Shown here: positions 38,624 through 52,343 of the stretch, in pieces
How positions within the stretch are numbered: position 1 is the stretch's first letter
Layout: each line of letters opens with the position of its first letter
DNA from: Eledone cirrhosa
Lineage: Eukaryota
DNA: 64,000 nt
Reading direction: 5' to 3'
Assembly (NCBI GenBank): GCA_964016885.1
Contig: OZ024743.1
Coordinates: forward strand, 310,248,001-310,312,000
Program-made: the position numbers and the translations under genes
The notes under the pieces: generated by a model
Databases searched by the model: none
Seen by the model: the letters and a program-made list of their open reading frames with translations, nothing else
What the model was told of the DNA's origin: nothing

Positions 38624-41600
38624 GGGTATGACATTAAACTACATCCAGTGGCAAGGCTCCAGTTCGGGAGTTCAGGTGATGTGGGGAATGTGGAGTTACC
38701 CCTTAGTTGTCATGACTCCCAGGTCTAACCTGGCCCGGGGTGGTAGTATCTGTTAGGGCTCCATTTATGGGTTAAATAACTACCTTATTCGAGTGGCGCC
38801 GGTAAGGTATTGTCAGTCATTGAAAATAAATATGGAGAGTCGATCTAACAGCACTAGGGTTAGAGCCCCTAATTACACTGTCAAGGAGCAGCCTGGTCGT
38901 TATGACTCTGCTGGCTTAGAGCCACAGAGAGGGCCAGTGGATGATGGATCAGCTGTCTCTGAGACAAATATAAAGAATGCAGTTTTGTCCTGCAGAAGAG
39001 CCATCAAAATGGGCACTTTGAATGTGAGGACTATTCGAACGCTGGAGAAGAGAGAGGAGTTGGGACATCTGTTCGAGGAGAGTGGTATACAGATACTTGC
39101 GATCCAAGAACACAGGATTCTACACGATGAGCCCGTGAGGAGTGTGATGATCGGGAGGAAGAGCCAGCTCATCACTACATCGGCAGTGAAGAACACAACA
39201 AATGCTGCAGTAGGAGGAGTGGGTTTTGTGTTCAGTGCAAAAACCAATCTGTTGGTGAGGGAAATAATGCCTATCTCCCCGCGAGTGTTGAGGGTGACCT
39301 TCAATGGAAACCCAAGACTGACAGTCATCTCAGCCTATAGTCCAACCGAGGGGGACAGTGATGTGAATGCCGAGGAGTTCCATGAGGAGGTGTGTAGAGC
39401 TGTGAACACCATCAGGCACACAATATCCTGCTTGTTTTGGGGGACTTCAATGCACATCTGAGTAAGGAGGGCAGTGAAGATCCTTGCTGGTACTTCCATA
39501 ACAACACCAACCGAAATGGAAGACTATTGAGAGACACCCTTCTGGAGGCGAACTTGATGGCGACCAACCTAAGGTTTAGGAAGAATCTGGGGAAGATGTG
39601 GACCTACATCTCAGATATGCACCTGTCCAAGTCCCAGATTGATTTCATTCTGGTGAGGAAAAAGTGGCGGAATAGTGTTCTGAACACGGAACCATACAGC
39701 TATTTCAGTACACTGGGTAGTGACCACCGGCTTGTTATGAGTGAGGTCCGCGTGAGCTTAAGAAAGAGCAAGGCTCAGGCCCGGAGAACAATCTATGACT
39801 GGGGAGCTTTCAAGGAAGATGATAAGCTACAGGAGAGGTTCACAGTGGAAGTGAGAAACAGGTTTAGTGCTCTGTGTGGAGAGTCAGAGGAGAGAGAGAT
39901 TGGATGGACTGAGGAGAGTGTGACGAGGAGGTACGGGCACTTCACCAATGCAGTGGCGAAAGCAAATGAAACCCTGGTGCCGAGGAAAAAGAACAAAGGG
40001 AAGCACGTCAGCTCTGCAAACCCAAAAGTGTGTGCAGCCAGAGAACACCTAAAAGCTGCCAGGGACCAATTCTATGCTGATCCTACGGAGGAGAGGATGG
40101 AGACTGTGGCGGTGATGAGGGAAGAGCTCTGTACCGCTTACACTGAGGTCAGAGAGGAGGCACTGATAGAGAAGATCAGAAGTGTGGAGAGAGCGGTTGA
40201 CAGATCTGGATGTAAGGAGAGCTGGATGATAATCAACGAGATCACAGGGAGGGAGCAAAGGTGTTCGAGTCAGATCCAGGGAACGGGCCCGAGGATAGGA
40301 AGAGGAAATGGCTAGACCATTTTAGGACCCTACTAGGAGGGCCACCCTCCACAGCCCAGAGCACTGGGCAGATCAGGTGGCTGTTTGAGGAACTGGATGT
40401 TGAGACAGAGCCCTTCACCAGAGAGGAGCTTCAGAGAGCCAAGAAGAAGATCAAGGAGGGCAAGGCTCATGGAGAAGATGGAGTGGCATCAGAGGTGATG
40501 AAGAGGTGTGATTTTGATGATATCATCCTGGGGTTCTGTAACGGTGCACTGGAGAAAGGAGTTGCCCCGAATCAGTGGAGGATCAGTAACATCGTCCCAG
40601 TTCCAAAGAAGGGAGATCTCTCTAACACCAACAACTACCGGGGGATCTCACTGACGTCACTTGTGGCAAAGAACCTCAACAGGATGATTCTTAACAGGAT
40701 CCAGCCTGAGATGGAGAAGAGGCTCTGGGACAACCAGAACGGCTTCAGAGAGGGTAGATCAACCACCAGTCACATCCTGATGCTGAGGAGGATATTAGAG
40801 GGAGCTAGAGCAAAGTGCCTTCCTGCGGTCATGGTTTTCATTGACTTTAGGAAGGCCTTTGATTCTGTGGACCGTTACTGCCTGATGAAGATCTTACAGG
40901 CTTATGGAATCCCGAAGAGGATAGTGGACCTGATATCACTGCTCTACACCAACACCAAAGCCCAAGTCATTACACCTGATGGGATGACAGAGTTCTTTGA
41001 GATACTGGCTGGAGTGCTCCAGGGAGATACATTGGCTCCCTACCTTTTTATCATCGTAGTGGACTATTGTATGCGCCTTGCACTGGAAAAACACCAGGAC
41101 TCTGGCTTTACTGTAGCACCGGCTCAGAGCAGGAGAGTTGGGGCGAAAAAGGTATCGGATGCTGAATTTGCCGACGACATAGTTTTGGTGACAAATACAG
41201 TGAAGGAGGCAGAGGATTTGATGCGGGAGGTTGAGACTGTGTCGATGAGTGTGGGGCTGAGAATGAATGAGACTAAAACAAAATATCTGGTAGAGAATGT
41301 TGAGAAGCCAGAGGGGATCACTAATGTAGGCGGGAAGCCGCTGGAATTGGTTGAGGACTTCCTGTATTTGGGAGCAAAGATTGGGAATACGGAAGATGAT
41401 GTGGTTGAGAGGAAGAGCAAGGCCTGGGCGGCGTGTCACAGCCTGAGATCGGTGTGGAAGTCGGACCTTCGTAGAGACCTGAAAATCCGCCTCTTCATTG
41501 CTGTAGTGGAGTCTGTGCTGCTGTATGGGTCTGAGACTTGGACACTGACCAAGAGACTCACTCAGATGGTGGATGGGTGCTACACGAGAATGCTGAGGAT

Positions 41601-41923
41601 GGCTCTGAACATTAATCAGTATACACTGAGGATGAAAAACTCAGAGCTGTATGGGAGCATCCTAAAAGTCAGCTCAAAAGTGACACAGAGGAGACTGAGG
41701 TTGGCTGGACATGCTCACCGACATCCAGAGTTGACATTGCACTCAGTGCTCCTTTGGGAGCCCCTACATGGACACACTAGAAGAGGAAGACCAAGGTTAA
41801 CATATGTTGATGCCCTAAGGACAAACACTGGTCTGTTGGAGATGCAGGATATGGCAGCGATAATGAGGGACAGAGACCGCTGGAGAGAACTCGTCCATGG
41901 ATCTCGGGAATTTTACCCGCCTT

Positions 41924-41925
<2 letters not shown>
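38619..41925 (+). mobile_element. Apparently full-length RTE-clade LINE (single APE-RT ORF, frameshifts near 39415 and 40285)
   Basis: APE motifs MGTLNVRT, LAIQEHR, SAYSPT, GDFNAH, QIDFILV, SDH. RT motifs KKGD..NYRGISL, FIDFRKAFDS, GVLQGDTLAPYLF, FADD, FLYLG. C-terminal RRGRPRLTY. (TA)n on both sides. Confidence 0.95.
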
Positions 41926-41977
<52 letters not shown>

Positions 41978-41994
41978 ATATAAATACGTATATA

Positions 41995-42085
<91 letters not shown>

Positions 42086-42171
42086 ATATATATGTATATG
42101 TATATATATATGTATTTGTATGTATCGATATATGTGTATATGTATATACATATATGTATATATATATATAT

Positions 42172-43570
42172 AAACGGGACACCAAATTCATCCAGTTCGA
42201 TGTAGAGAGCTATTACGTCTCTATTACCCTACCCCTCCTTACGGCCGTTTTGGACTTTGCCAAACACTCACACCCATCACCGGCCAGGAAAGAAACATCA
42301 TTTTCCACGCCAGGAAAACAGTCCTCCTCTTCGACAACTCCAATTGGATCAAGAGAGCTCCCGACTCCCCCTTCGACGTCAGTACGGGCGCGACCGACTT
42401 GGCGGAGGTGACCGACCTTATAAGATTATTCCTACTACAGAAAATCACCGAAATATTTCCTGCATTCCGTGGTGCATCGTATCGAGACGATGGGCTCCTT
42501 ACCCCCAAAGCGTACAACTCCAGTAGCACGGACCTGGTCCGTAAACACCTAATCAACTTCTGAGACTGGGGATTTAAAATCACCCTACAGATGTCCCTAA
42601 CGCGAGTCAATTTCCTGGACGTTACTCTAAACCTCGAAAATGATCTGTACTACCCATAAAGGAAACCAAACGACAACCTACACTATATCCACCGCCGCTC
42701 TAACCATGCTAGAAACATTACCAATAACCTGGTTAAAAACATCTCCCTCCGCATATCTGGTTTGTCCGCTAATGAGCAGATATTCGATGAATATGCACCT
42801 TATTACAACCAGGCTCTCAAGCGAAGCGGCTTTCGGTAGGAAATCTTCTTTTACCCAGCCTCCCCTAGTGGAACCAGCAGGCAACGCTGCCACTCACGTC
42901 ACGTAACGTGGTTCAACCCTCCCCACAATGCCGAGGTTGCAACAACAATCGGGAAAATCTTCTTTAGACCCCGAATAACACTTCCCACCACAACACCGCT
43001 ACCATAACATAATCAACAAAAACACTATCAAACACTCCTACAGCACGACACACAACTTCGCACAAAACAACGCCTCCTGAAACAACAAGAAACTCTACTC
43101 CTATTGAAGAAAGAACCTAGACATTAGTGGAGAGCGGACCAGGAGGTGTAACAGCCCTGATAGATCTACGTGCCCCCTCAACAAAGACATGTCGAGAACT
43201 TAACGTGATCTACCAATGCAACGTGAGGACGGAAAACTCTAACAAAGCCTATATAGGATTAACCGCTTGTGACTTTAAGACCAGGCTCTACCATCACTGA
43301 CATACTTTTAGAGAGCCGGCCCGGCGACATGCCTCTACACTTTCGGGCCACATCTGGGACCTCCAAGATAATAACATTACATACCATCTTACTTGGAGCT
43401 TACTTTCCAGGGCTAACGCCTACACGGGAGGACACTGTCCGTATAACTTATGCTCGGAGGAAAAATACAAATGCTGTTTACGAAGGACTAATTCCTAAAC
43501 AAAAAAGACAAACTTGTAACCGCATGTAAACACCGATTGCGTACAACTTCCCTTGCCATCAAACTCCCTC
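42172..43570 (+). pseudogene. Degraded Penelope-like RT + GIY-YIG
   Basis: [24 protein letters not shown]-like motif, NFLDVTLNL, TWFNPP, VIYQC...YIGLT..FKTR. Same subgroup as 10262-11773. Confidence 0.85.
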
Positions 43571-44525
43571 ATGACCCGGGTGGGTAGACAATGGCTGTAA
43601 CATTCTTAATTTCCCCACTTGCCGAACAAGAAACTCCAGCATACAGAGGTAGATGTAATTCTTTTCTTTTTTCAATTCATCCCTTCTTCTCACCTCTCTC
43701 CACTCCCTCTCCACTTCCTTTTCCTTTTTCCTCTTTCACCTAACCCGAGGTAGCCCATCTGGATTTTGTAGCCTCAGTACCCCACTCCCGTAAATTCTAT
43801 ATAGCATTGGCCGAACACGCAATACCAGCGAAAAATATAGCAACTGTTTTAGACTCTAGTTTTTTATTATTATATATGATTATATAATTTCTTAATATTA
43901 TTTTTTATCTTAATTTTTTTATTTTTTTATTTTAATTTATTAACCTTTTAATTTTTTAATTTTATAACTTCGCACTCTCAGATTCCTCTAGAATTCTTTT
44001 TTCGTCTACTTTCAAGCTACCCTAATTCATCCTTCTGGATTTATGTCATGGCTTATAGAATGGTTTGCCTTAATGTGGGTGGAGTTCAGACTGCTCCTGA
44101 CAAGTGTGTGGTACCTGTTAGGTATGATGAAATATAGGTTTCCAGTTTTGTCCGAATGCACCAGGCTGTCGTTGGTGCTTTCATACTCCGTTATTATGCT
44201 ACGGAGTTGTTGTTATTTTTTTAATATTATTTTTTATTTTTTATTTTTTTTATTTATCAATTTTAATTTATATATATCTATATATATCATATATATCTAT
44301 ATATCTATATGTGTGTGTATATATATATATATATAAGTATGTATGCATGTATGTATACGTACATACATATATGTATACAGACGTACAGTAGTATGTATAT
44401 ATATATATACATATATATATATACTACTGTACGTCTGTATACATATATGTATGTACGTATACATACATGCATACAAGTAAGTGCCGTATCAAGAGTGAGA
44501 AATTAAATTTCGTTTCATTTTTTCC

Positions 44526-44573
<48 letters not shown>

Positions 44574-44574
44574 A

Positions 44575-45815
44575 CGTCGTAGATGAAATTAGAACAGACT
44601 CAGCTGCTGGACCTGGTGGATTCCCAGTAGTCCTCTTAAAAACATGTAAGCGGGCCTTAGCAACTCTACTGACTGACGACGCTCTTCAGAAGCTCATTGG
44701 CTAGCGGTATACTACTCAGGGAGCTGAAAGAAGGCACAATATGACGTATCCATAAAGGTAGCAGAGCGGAGGCCAACAACTATAGGCCAGTCTCCCGAAC
44801 GTCACATATCAGTAAGGTCATGGAGCGAATCATCAGAAAGAAACTGATCCCTTTCCTCGAGGAAAATGACCGCCTGACTAGCACACGCAGCATCGCTTTC
44901 ACCCAGGATGAAGCTCCCTTACACAGCTGCTACATCACTGCGACTGGGTACTGAAACAACTGCTAGACAGCGCACATGTGGACGTGATATATCTTGACTT
45001 TGCGAAAGCCTTTGACAAGGTCGACCACGGAATGATATCTCATAAACTACACAGACTCGGCATAACTGGAAACGTAGGTGAGTGGCTGCATGACTTCTTA
45101 AAGGACAGAAGCCAACAGTCGCAGCAAAGAGGTGCCTCTCAAAGGAAACACCAATAACAAGTGGGGTGCCCCAAGTCCTGGGACCACTACTGTTTTTGGT
45201 GGCTCTCTCAGACATACACTCTGTAGTACATAAAACATCCCTCACTAGCTATGCTGATGACACTAAGGTAACACAGGCAATCAAAAACCCGGCTGACACT
45301 GCCCTTTTACAACAAGATCTGGATGCCATATACAATTAGGCGGAAGACAACAGCATGCAGTTTAATGCCGGCAGATTTCAAGCCCTACAATACAAATCTG
45401 CAAACACAAATACAGTACAACACAGTTACACTGGACCAGAAGGGACCGAAATTCCCGTGTCGAAATCGATACGAGACCTGGGTATAGACATGAGCGACGA
45501 TGCATCTTTTTCCTCACACATCATGAAAGTGGCGACAATGTGCAGACGACTCGCTGGCTGGATCTAGAGGACTTTCCGGACAAGAGACCAAGACAACATG
45601 TTGATACTATGCAGGACATTTGTCCTAAGCCTCCTGGACTCTTTCTCCCAGCTGTGGTCAACCCATTGTGTCAAACTAACCACGGACCTTGAGGCAATCC
45701 AGTGAAGCTACACCAAGAGGATTGCGACGATGCAGGAGATAAGCTACTGTGAGAGGCTAAAAGAACTGAACCTCTTCTCCTTGGAACGAAGACGGGAGAG
45801 ATACACAGTGATATG
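44575..45815 (+). pseudogene. CR1-type LINE RT fragment
   Basis: SAAGPGG, NNYRPVS.TSHISKVMERII, DVIYLDFAKAFDKVDH, SGVPQ..LGPLLF, YADDTK, MQFN and RDLGI. Confidence 0.88.
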
Positions 45816-46857
45816 CCGCATTTGACCACCGATTTTCGCAGGCTAAACACAATACAAACGTGCACGATAGTCCATGGTAAATCTTTTTAATTATATGTTC
45901 ATCATGCTAAGCGAAGGATGAAAAGCAACTCTTTCATTTCTCCTGACATACCTTTCTGTCAATTATGGCCGAGAAGCATCATGTGTAGTATCGCGTCTTC
46001 TCAAGCGATCAGCGTGTCTTCCACTGTCCTCACGATTGACTCACAACGCTGCATCTATTCCCTGAGACGCCCCTAAACATCCACAGCATGGCTTATTTTT
46101 CTGCCGCGTTTAACCGGCCCTCATTCTAGGCCATAAACAACAAAACCGCACGATGTGTCTGCGTAAGTCTATTTAAATTAATGGTCAACATGTTCAGCAA
46201 AACATTTGTACCAATTCTTCCTCTTCACCTCTAAGGCCTATCCATTACATCTTAGAGGTCGGGATTCGCAATTTCTACGATTTCAATGTTAACGCAACAG
46301 TTCGTCAGGTGTTTTAGCACATGTTGCTCCGATAGGAATATCAACGTGATTTTCACTTAATTCGTAAGTATTCAGTCTTCCGTATGCTTTTATTTTTTAT
46401 TGATACAAAACCGACTACAATCATCTAACTTCACTTTGTAGGCTAGACGCGAATCACAAGGAAAACAATCCTCTGATATACAACCCCACCAAATTCTTTG
46501 GTCTACCTAGATTTCAATGGCTATATCGTTTGCTTTTGTACGGTTGTACATTTGACAATGTCGAAAAACATTATTCCGCTTGATTCTTACCTTTCATCTA
46601 TGAATTGGGCTGTGCCCTAAAATCCCGGTTTATTTGCGTGCAATTTTTTGGTATCTTATGAATGGAGAATCGAAAACCCTTTTTCTCATAACCTGATACA
46701 TGCGTTACACATGCTCCATGGATGTTTGAGGACTATTTTTTCAAAATACAAATATCACAGATTGGAGCACAAAAAGAAACGTCTGTTCTTCATTTATTTC
46801 GATTAAAGCATCCTGCTGGAATTTAGCGCAGACCCGTTTAAATCAAGCGCCTTATAA

Positions 46858-46886
46858 CCCCGAGTGTAACCGGGTACACCAGCTAG
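46858..46886 (+). mobile_element. Helitron-type 3' terminus (hairpin + CTAG)
   Basis: cccgagtgtaaccgggtacaccagCTAG. Confidence 0.55.
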
Positions 46887-47558
46887 AAAGACAAATGGAA
46901 ACATTGTTTCCTCGGTCCGATTTGACGAAAGTCGATTTAGTTCCACAACAAATTAACAAACCATACTTGAAGACACGTTAAGGCTGTTGCAAAGGGCAAT
47001 AACCCTAGACACAATTTTGATTAACTTTTTTTCACCCATAGCAAATTTACCGGGACAGGTTTTTAGCTACTCAAATCTAGTTTAGAGGTCACGCATTCAT
47101 GTATAAAATCAATAAAACTGAAGCGGGAGTTCGACTTTGAGCAAAAAACAAGGCAAAGTTCTACATGGGAAAACATTTACAGGAACGTCCGATTTTCTTG
47201 AAAACTGGCGCAAGAGACTCGCCATTATGCTGCGGTTCAGATAAAGTCCCTTTTATTTCTTCTTCTGCACACGTGAGCGCAAAAATTGTAAAAGAAAAAA
47301 CTGAAAAAATCGACTTTTTCACCCTGCTTTAAAAATCAACAGGAAATTCAATTTCAAGTGAATTTGACTTCCGTCAGTCATGCAAAGAACAATTTCAACG
47401 ATACACTGTGAACCTACAACTGATCCATTATTTATGCTCAATTACACACCTGCGTCTATAACCTCTGTTTTTTTCCTTGAGGTTCGAAGGTTTTTGCATC
47501 TGTGATGCGCGGGAAGTAACTTTCACACATTTTAACAACAGAGCAAAGGTAGACTTAA

Positions 47559-47586
47559 ACCCAGGCAGCGCCGGGTACTTCTGCTA

Positions 47587-47588
<2 letters not shown>
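47559..47588 (+). mobile_element. Helitron-type 3' terminus (hairpin + CTAG|T)
   Basis: cccaggcagcgccgggtacttctgCTAGt. Confidence 0.65.
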
Positions 47589-47658
<70 letters not shown>

Positions 47659-47667
47659 ACGAACATG

Positions 47668-47718
<51 letters not shown>

Positions 47719-47743
47719 ATTTATATGTATGTATATATATATA

Positions 47744-47774
<31 letters not shown>

Positions 47775-47781
47775 GTATATG

Positions 47782-47906
<125 letters not shown>

Positions 47907-47967
47907 ATACTTTGGGAGGGTCATATTGTTATACTTTGGGAGGGTCATGTTGCCAAATTCAGAAACG

Positions 47968-48017
<50 letters not shown>

Positions 48018-48018
48018 G

Positions 48019-48127
<109 letters not shown>

Positions 48128-48302
48128 TTCAAGAGTAACCAATCTTAAAGAGAGAGTTGGAAATAGGCGAGGAGATATGAGAGGAGAGATTGGTGAGTTA
48201 GTTAGAAGGCGAAGCGTAAAGGCATGTGCTCAATGTGCAATATACAGTAGAAAGCAGCTAGGTCGCTGGGTTCATGCAGAGGTTAGGTGCGCAGAGCTGG
48301 AA

Positions 48303-49088
48303 ATATTCATTAGTTAAGCGAAACAAGACCACACACTTCACAAGGAAGACATTATTAAAAGATTGTCAACATATTTTAGTTTGATGTAAGAAATGTAGAG
48401 AATAATAATAATAATATTAATAATAATTGTTTCTATTGTTGGCACAAGGCCAGCAATTACCCAGTACATTACTGGTACTTTATTTTATCGACCTCTGTAT
48501 GGATGAAAGGCAAAGTTAACATCGGCTGGATTTGAACTCAGATCGTAAATGGACGTAACTATGCTGGAAAGCATATCTGACCCTCTACCGATACTGCCAA
48601 TTCACCAATAATGTCCGTTTACAATTGTTTCGCTACTCCATATAATATTTCTGGATCAGATGACTATATATCATGATTGATCTGGTTCAGTTGAAAATAA
48701 TTAACATATTTAAAAAACAGAGTGGCTCATCGGAACTTCAAAGGAATATAAATTAAAATAATGGGATAATGTTACATAACATAATGTTCCATATATTGGT
48801 TTATACTATGGTGTCTTGGTTGCATCAGCTGTCAACCATAATCAAGCAGTATTCATCTGTCGAGGCTGCATTGTGTGATTATTTTCAACTGAACCAGATC
48901 AATTATGATATATAGTCATCTGATCCAGAAATATTATATGGAGTAGCGAAACAATTGTAAACGGACATTATTATTATTAATATTATTATTATTATTCTCT
49001 ACATTTCCTTACATCAAACTAAAATATGTTGACAATCTTTTAATAATGTCTTCCTTGTGAAGTTTGTGGTCTTGTTTTTCTTAACAAA

Positions 49089-49095
<7 letters not shown>
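48303..49095. repeat. Fold-back (48303-48701 / 48878-49095) with a SINE (48425-48605, -) in the left arm only; degenerate hammerhead at ~48850-48965
   Basis: Arms are complementary once the SINE is removed. Hammerhead-like motif CTGTCGA-g gctgc...gtagc-GAAA-caattg-TA. Confidence 0.85.
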
Positions 49096-49167
<72 letters not shown>

Positions 49168-49375
49168 TGGTAAACGGAATAGAAAATGCTGACAAATTGT
49201 TCACAGTTGAAAAATGGTTTAATTAGGAATAAAAGAGTATTAGTGATTGTATGGGTTAGTATTCAGTTGTGGTTTTAAGTTTTTAAGTTTTTACCGGTTG
49301 CGCATTTCTAAATGCTTTTCAAAAATAATTTTGAGATAGAGTGTCCGTGCTGTCTGCTCTGATCTGTTTGCTTTG

Positions 49376-49431
<56 letters not shown>

Positions 49432-49479
49432 ATAATGAAATGACAGGAGGCTGGATTTGTGTAAATCCTTGAAAGGTTT

Positions 49480-49545
49480 ATTATACTATGATCATTTCAA
49501 TGACCGGGTTCCGTATGAATCCGATGATATGATCAGGTATTCGAA
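49480..49545 (-). ncRNA. Degenerate hammerhead (core CTGATCA)
   Basis: Minus strand: atac-CTGATCA-...cggattc atacg gaacccg...-GAAA-tgatca-TA-gtat, with a palindromic stem III. Confidence 0.5.
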
Positions 49546-49929
49546 ATATAATACGTGAATGTAATAGATAAAATCCATGGGGCTGAGAATCGAGGGCCCG
49601 AGGGCGACCGCTATTCTGTTACGTCTACCTCAGCCGGTCGCCCTCGAGTGATGTGGCTAAAGTTTATAGTATGCTACTACCGGTCAGATAAACGAAAACA
49701 GAAAGGGATGGGAACATAAGTTAGCGTCAATCTCATGACACAAGGTAAAAGAAAGAAAGAAAGGAAGGAGAGAGAAGAGGGGGAAAAAGAAGAGAAGCCA
49801 GGATTAATGTCAGCTAAAAGAAGAAATGCAACTACTATCGGTCAGATATAGGCAAGCAAGAGGGGGAAGGAGGATAAGTCTGCGGGAGGAAGACAGGAAG
49901 AGGGGAGAAGAGAAGGAAGAGAAGAGAGA

Positions 49930-50826
49930 AGTAGAAAAGTAAGGGTTGATGGCTACAAGAAGGAATATAGAAAGAAAGAGGAAGAAAGGTCGATATTAAT
50001 GTCAGACCACAGTCAGGCCAGGAGTGGCGCGAGAAAATGTTCACAGTGACCCGCATCTTAGCAGAGGTGAATATATTGGGAGTCAGTGTGTTACAATGTT
50101 TAGACTTCTAGGATGAAGTTAAAAAATTAATAATCAATATTCAATATTAAAGAGGTTAGAAAATTTAAAGTTCAAGTTTAACATTTTCAGGTTGATATAT
50201 CTAATAGTTCCGATTTGTTCTGTAATTTAAAGGTACTATGTGGCGGTTGAAACTCCGGGCGCGCCCCGGGCCCCATGGCGAATTAAGCAACGCCGAGTAT
50301 TTTCATTTACCGAAAGAAGGGGAAATTTATTTTTCCAAGCACTCCAGGTAAGCTCGTGCGCCAGGGAGCTGGTCGCGCCGCCATTAAAACCCACCCAACA
50401 GTCCGACAGAAAGTTGGAACTTTAACATTTTGCTTAGAGGAGTAGAAAAGTAATGGTTGATGGCTACAAGAAGGAAGATAGAAAGAGAGAGGAAGGAAGG
50501 TCGACATTAATGTCGGACCACAGTCAGGCCAGGAGTGGCGCGAGAAAATTTTCACAGGGACCCGCATAAAGCAGAGGTGAATATGTTGGGAGTCAGTGTG
50601 TTACAATGTTTAGACTTATAGGATGAAGTTAAAAAATTAATAATCAATATTCAATATTAAAGAGGTTAGAAAATTTAAAGTTCAGCAGTTTAACATTTTC
50701 AGGTTGATATATCTAATAGTTCCGATTTGTTCTGTAATTTAAAGGTACTATGTGACGGTTAAACACCGGCCGCGCCCCGGGCCCCATGGCGAATTAAGCT
50801 ACGCCGAGTATTTTCATTTACCGAAA

Positions 50827-50829
<3 letters not shown>
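49930..50829. repeat. Tandem duplication of ~395 bp (49930-50328 / 50439-50829) with GC-rich islands
   Basis: Both copies run from gtagaaaagtaa.ggttgatggctacaagaagg to gagtattttcatttaccgaaagaa. Confidence 0.9.
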
Positions 50830-50902
<73 letters not shown>

Positions 50903-50925
50903 GTGTATATGTATATGTGTATATG

Positions 50926-50969
<44 letters not shown>

Positions 50970-52249
50970 TATATATATGTATATATGTATATATATATAC
51001 ACACATATATATATATGTACGTATATGTATATGTATTTGTCTGTTTCTCTCTTACTGCTTCCCCTCTCTCTCTGTTTCTCTCACCTTCTTTCTCCCCCTC
51101 TGTCAGTTACACTTTCTCTCGACTGGCCTCTTCCTCGCACTTCCACTCACTCACTCTCTGTTTCTTCCCTTCTCACTTCCTCCCGTTTGGCCTGTAGTGG
51201 GTTCTCTTCTTGCTCACATCTCACTCACGTCGGATGGTCTGTATCTCTCTCGCTCATGAAATCCACCCAGCTTAAGATGACCGGATTTCCATGCTGCTTG
51301 TTTTTTCCTATCTTTGCGTTGCTATCATCCTTCTATGTTTGTTTACTTGTCTCGCTCGCTTTAGGCGATTTACTTGTCCCAATAGCTTTATTTAGCTATT
51401 GCTCGCACCAACTGGAGGTATATGATTTTTCAAGCGATGAAATACCAATGAAGGTCGGAAAATCACTGACGAAGGACTATTTTTATCATATGTAACCCAT
51501 GTGCAACCACGCAGTATTCTTTCTTCTCATGTTTTATATATCTATATATATTATTTATTAGAAAGTGAGGGTTTTTTTACAAAATGAAAAATAACCGAGG
51601 TGTCCTACACGAGTGAAAGTATAACGAAAAAAAGATGAAATCGAAAATGCAACTGGAGTTTTATTTTAAAAAAAATATATATATTTATTTGTTCTTTTAC
51701 CGGTTTCGCAGTTCTGCTATTCAAAAGTAGAGTTGAGATGGAGGGTCTGTGATTTTTCTCACATCTGTTTGGTCTTTGAATGTTATTGTTTTATATTGAA
51801 AAAAGTGGCTCGAAACGCCAGGTTTTTTGAGAAGTAATTTGATTGGTTGGTCAATAAGTATAATAAATTTCGCGCCAGTTCGCTTTACAAAGTTCTTCAA
51901 ACAAAGGGGGGGGGGGCTCAGGTTGTTTTTTCATATATGAGTGTTGAAGTTTCTTTTTACTTTAAAAAAAGGTGGCTCACGAAGGCATTTTTTTATAAAT
52001 GTAATTTGATTGGTTATAAATGAAATTATAACTGTCACGTGAAAAAGTTCATTTAATTTCGCGCCTGTATTTGGGAATTTATTTTGTAGCCTTTTTGAGA
52101 ATTTTATGACAAACATAAGATAATGGTCAAGAGGAATGGGATGGGAGAATTGTTCTGGTTCAGTGAATATGGTTGGTTCGCTGGGGTGTCAGAATTCAGA
52201 TTTTCTATTGAAATAAAGAAAGTAAAGATATGTATATTTATTTGTGTGC

Positions 52250-52309
52250 TTGTGTGTGTATGTGTGTGTATAGGAAGATGATTCTATTACTAGAAATGCG
52301 GGAGGGAGT

Positions 52310-52343
<34 letters not shown>

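Noticed and set aside
51440-51520. CTGACGAAGG hammerhead-like start
   Set aside because: No GAAA or paired stems downstream.
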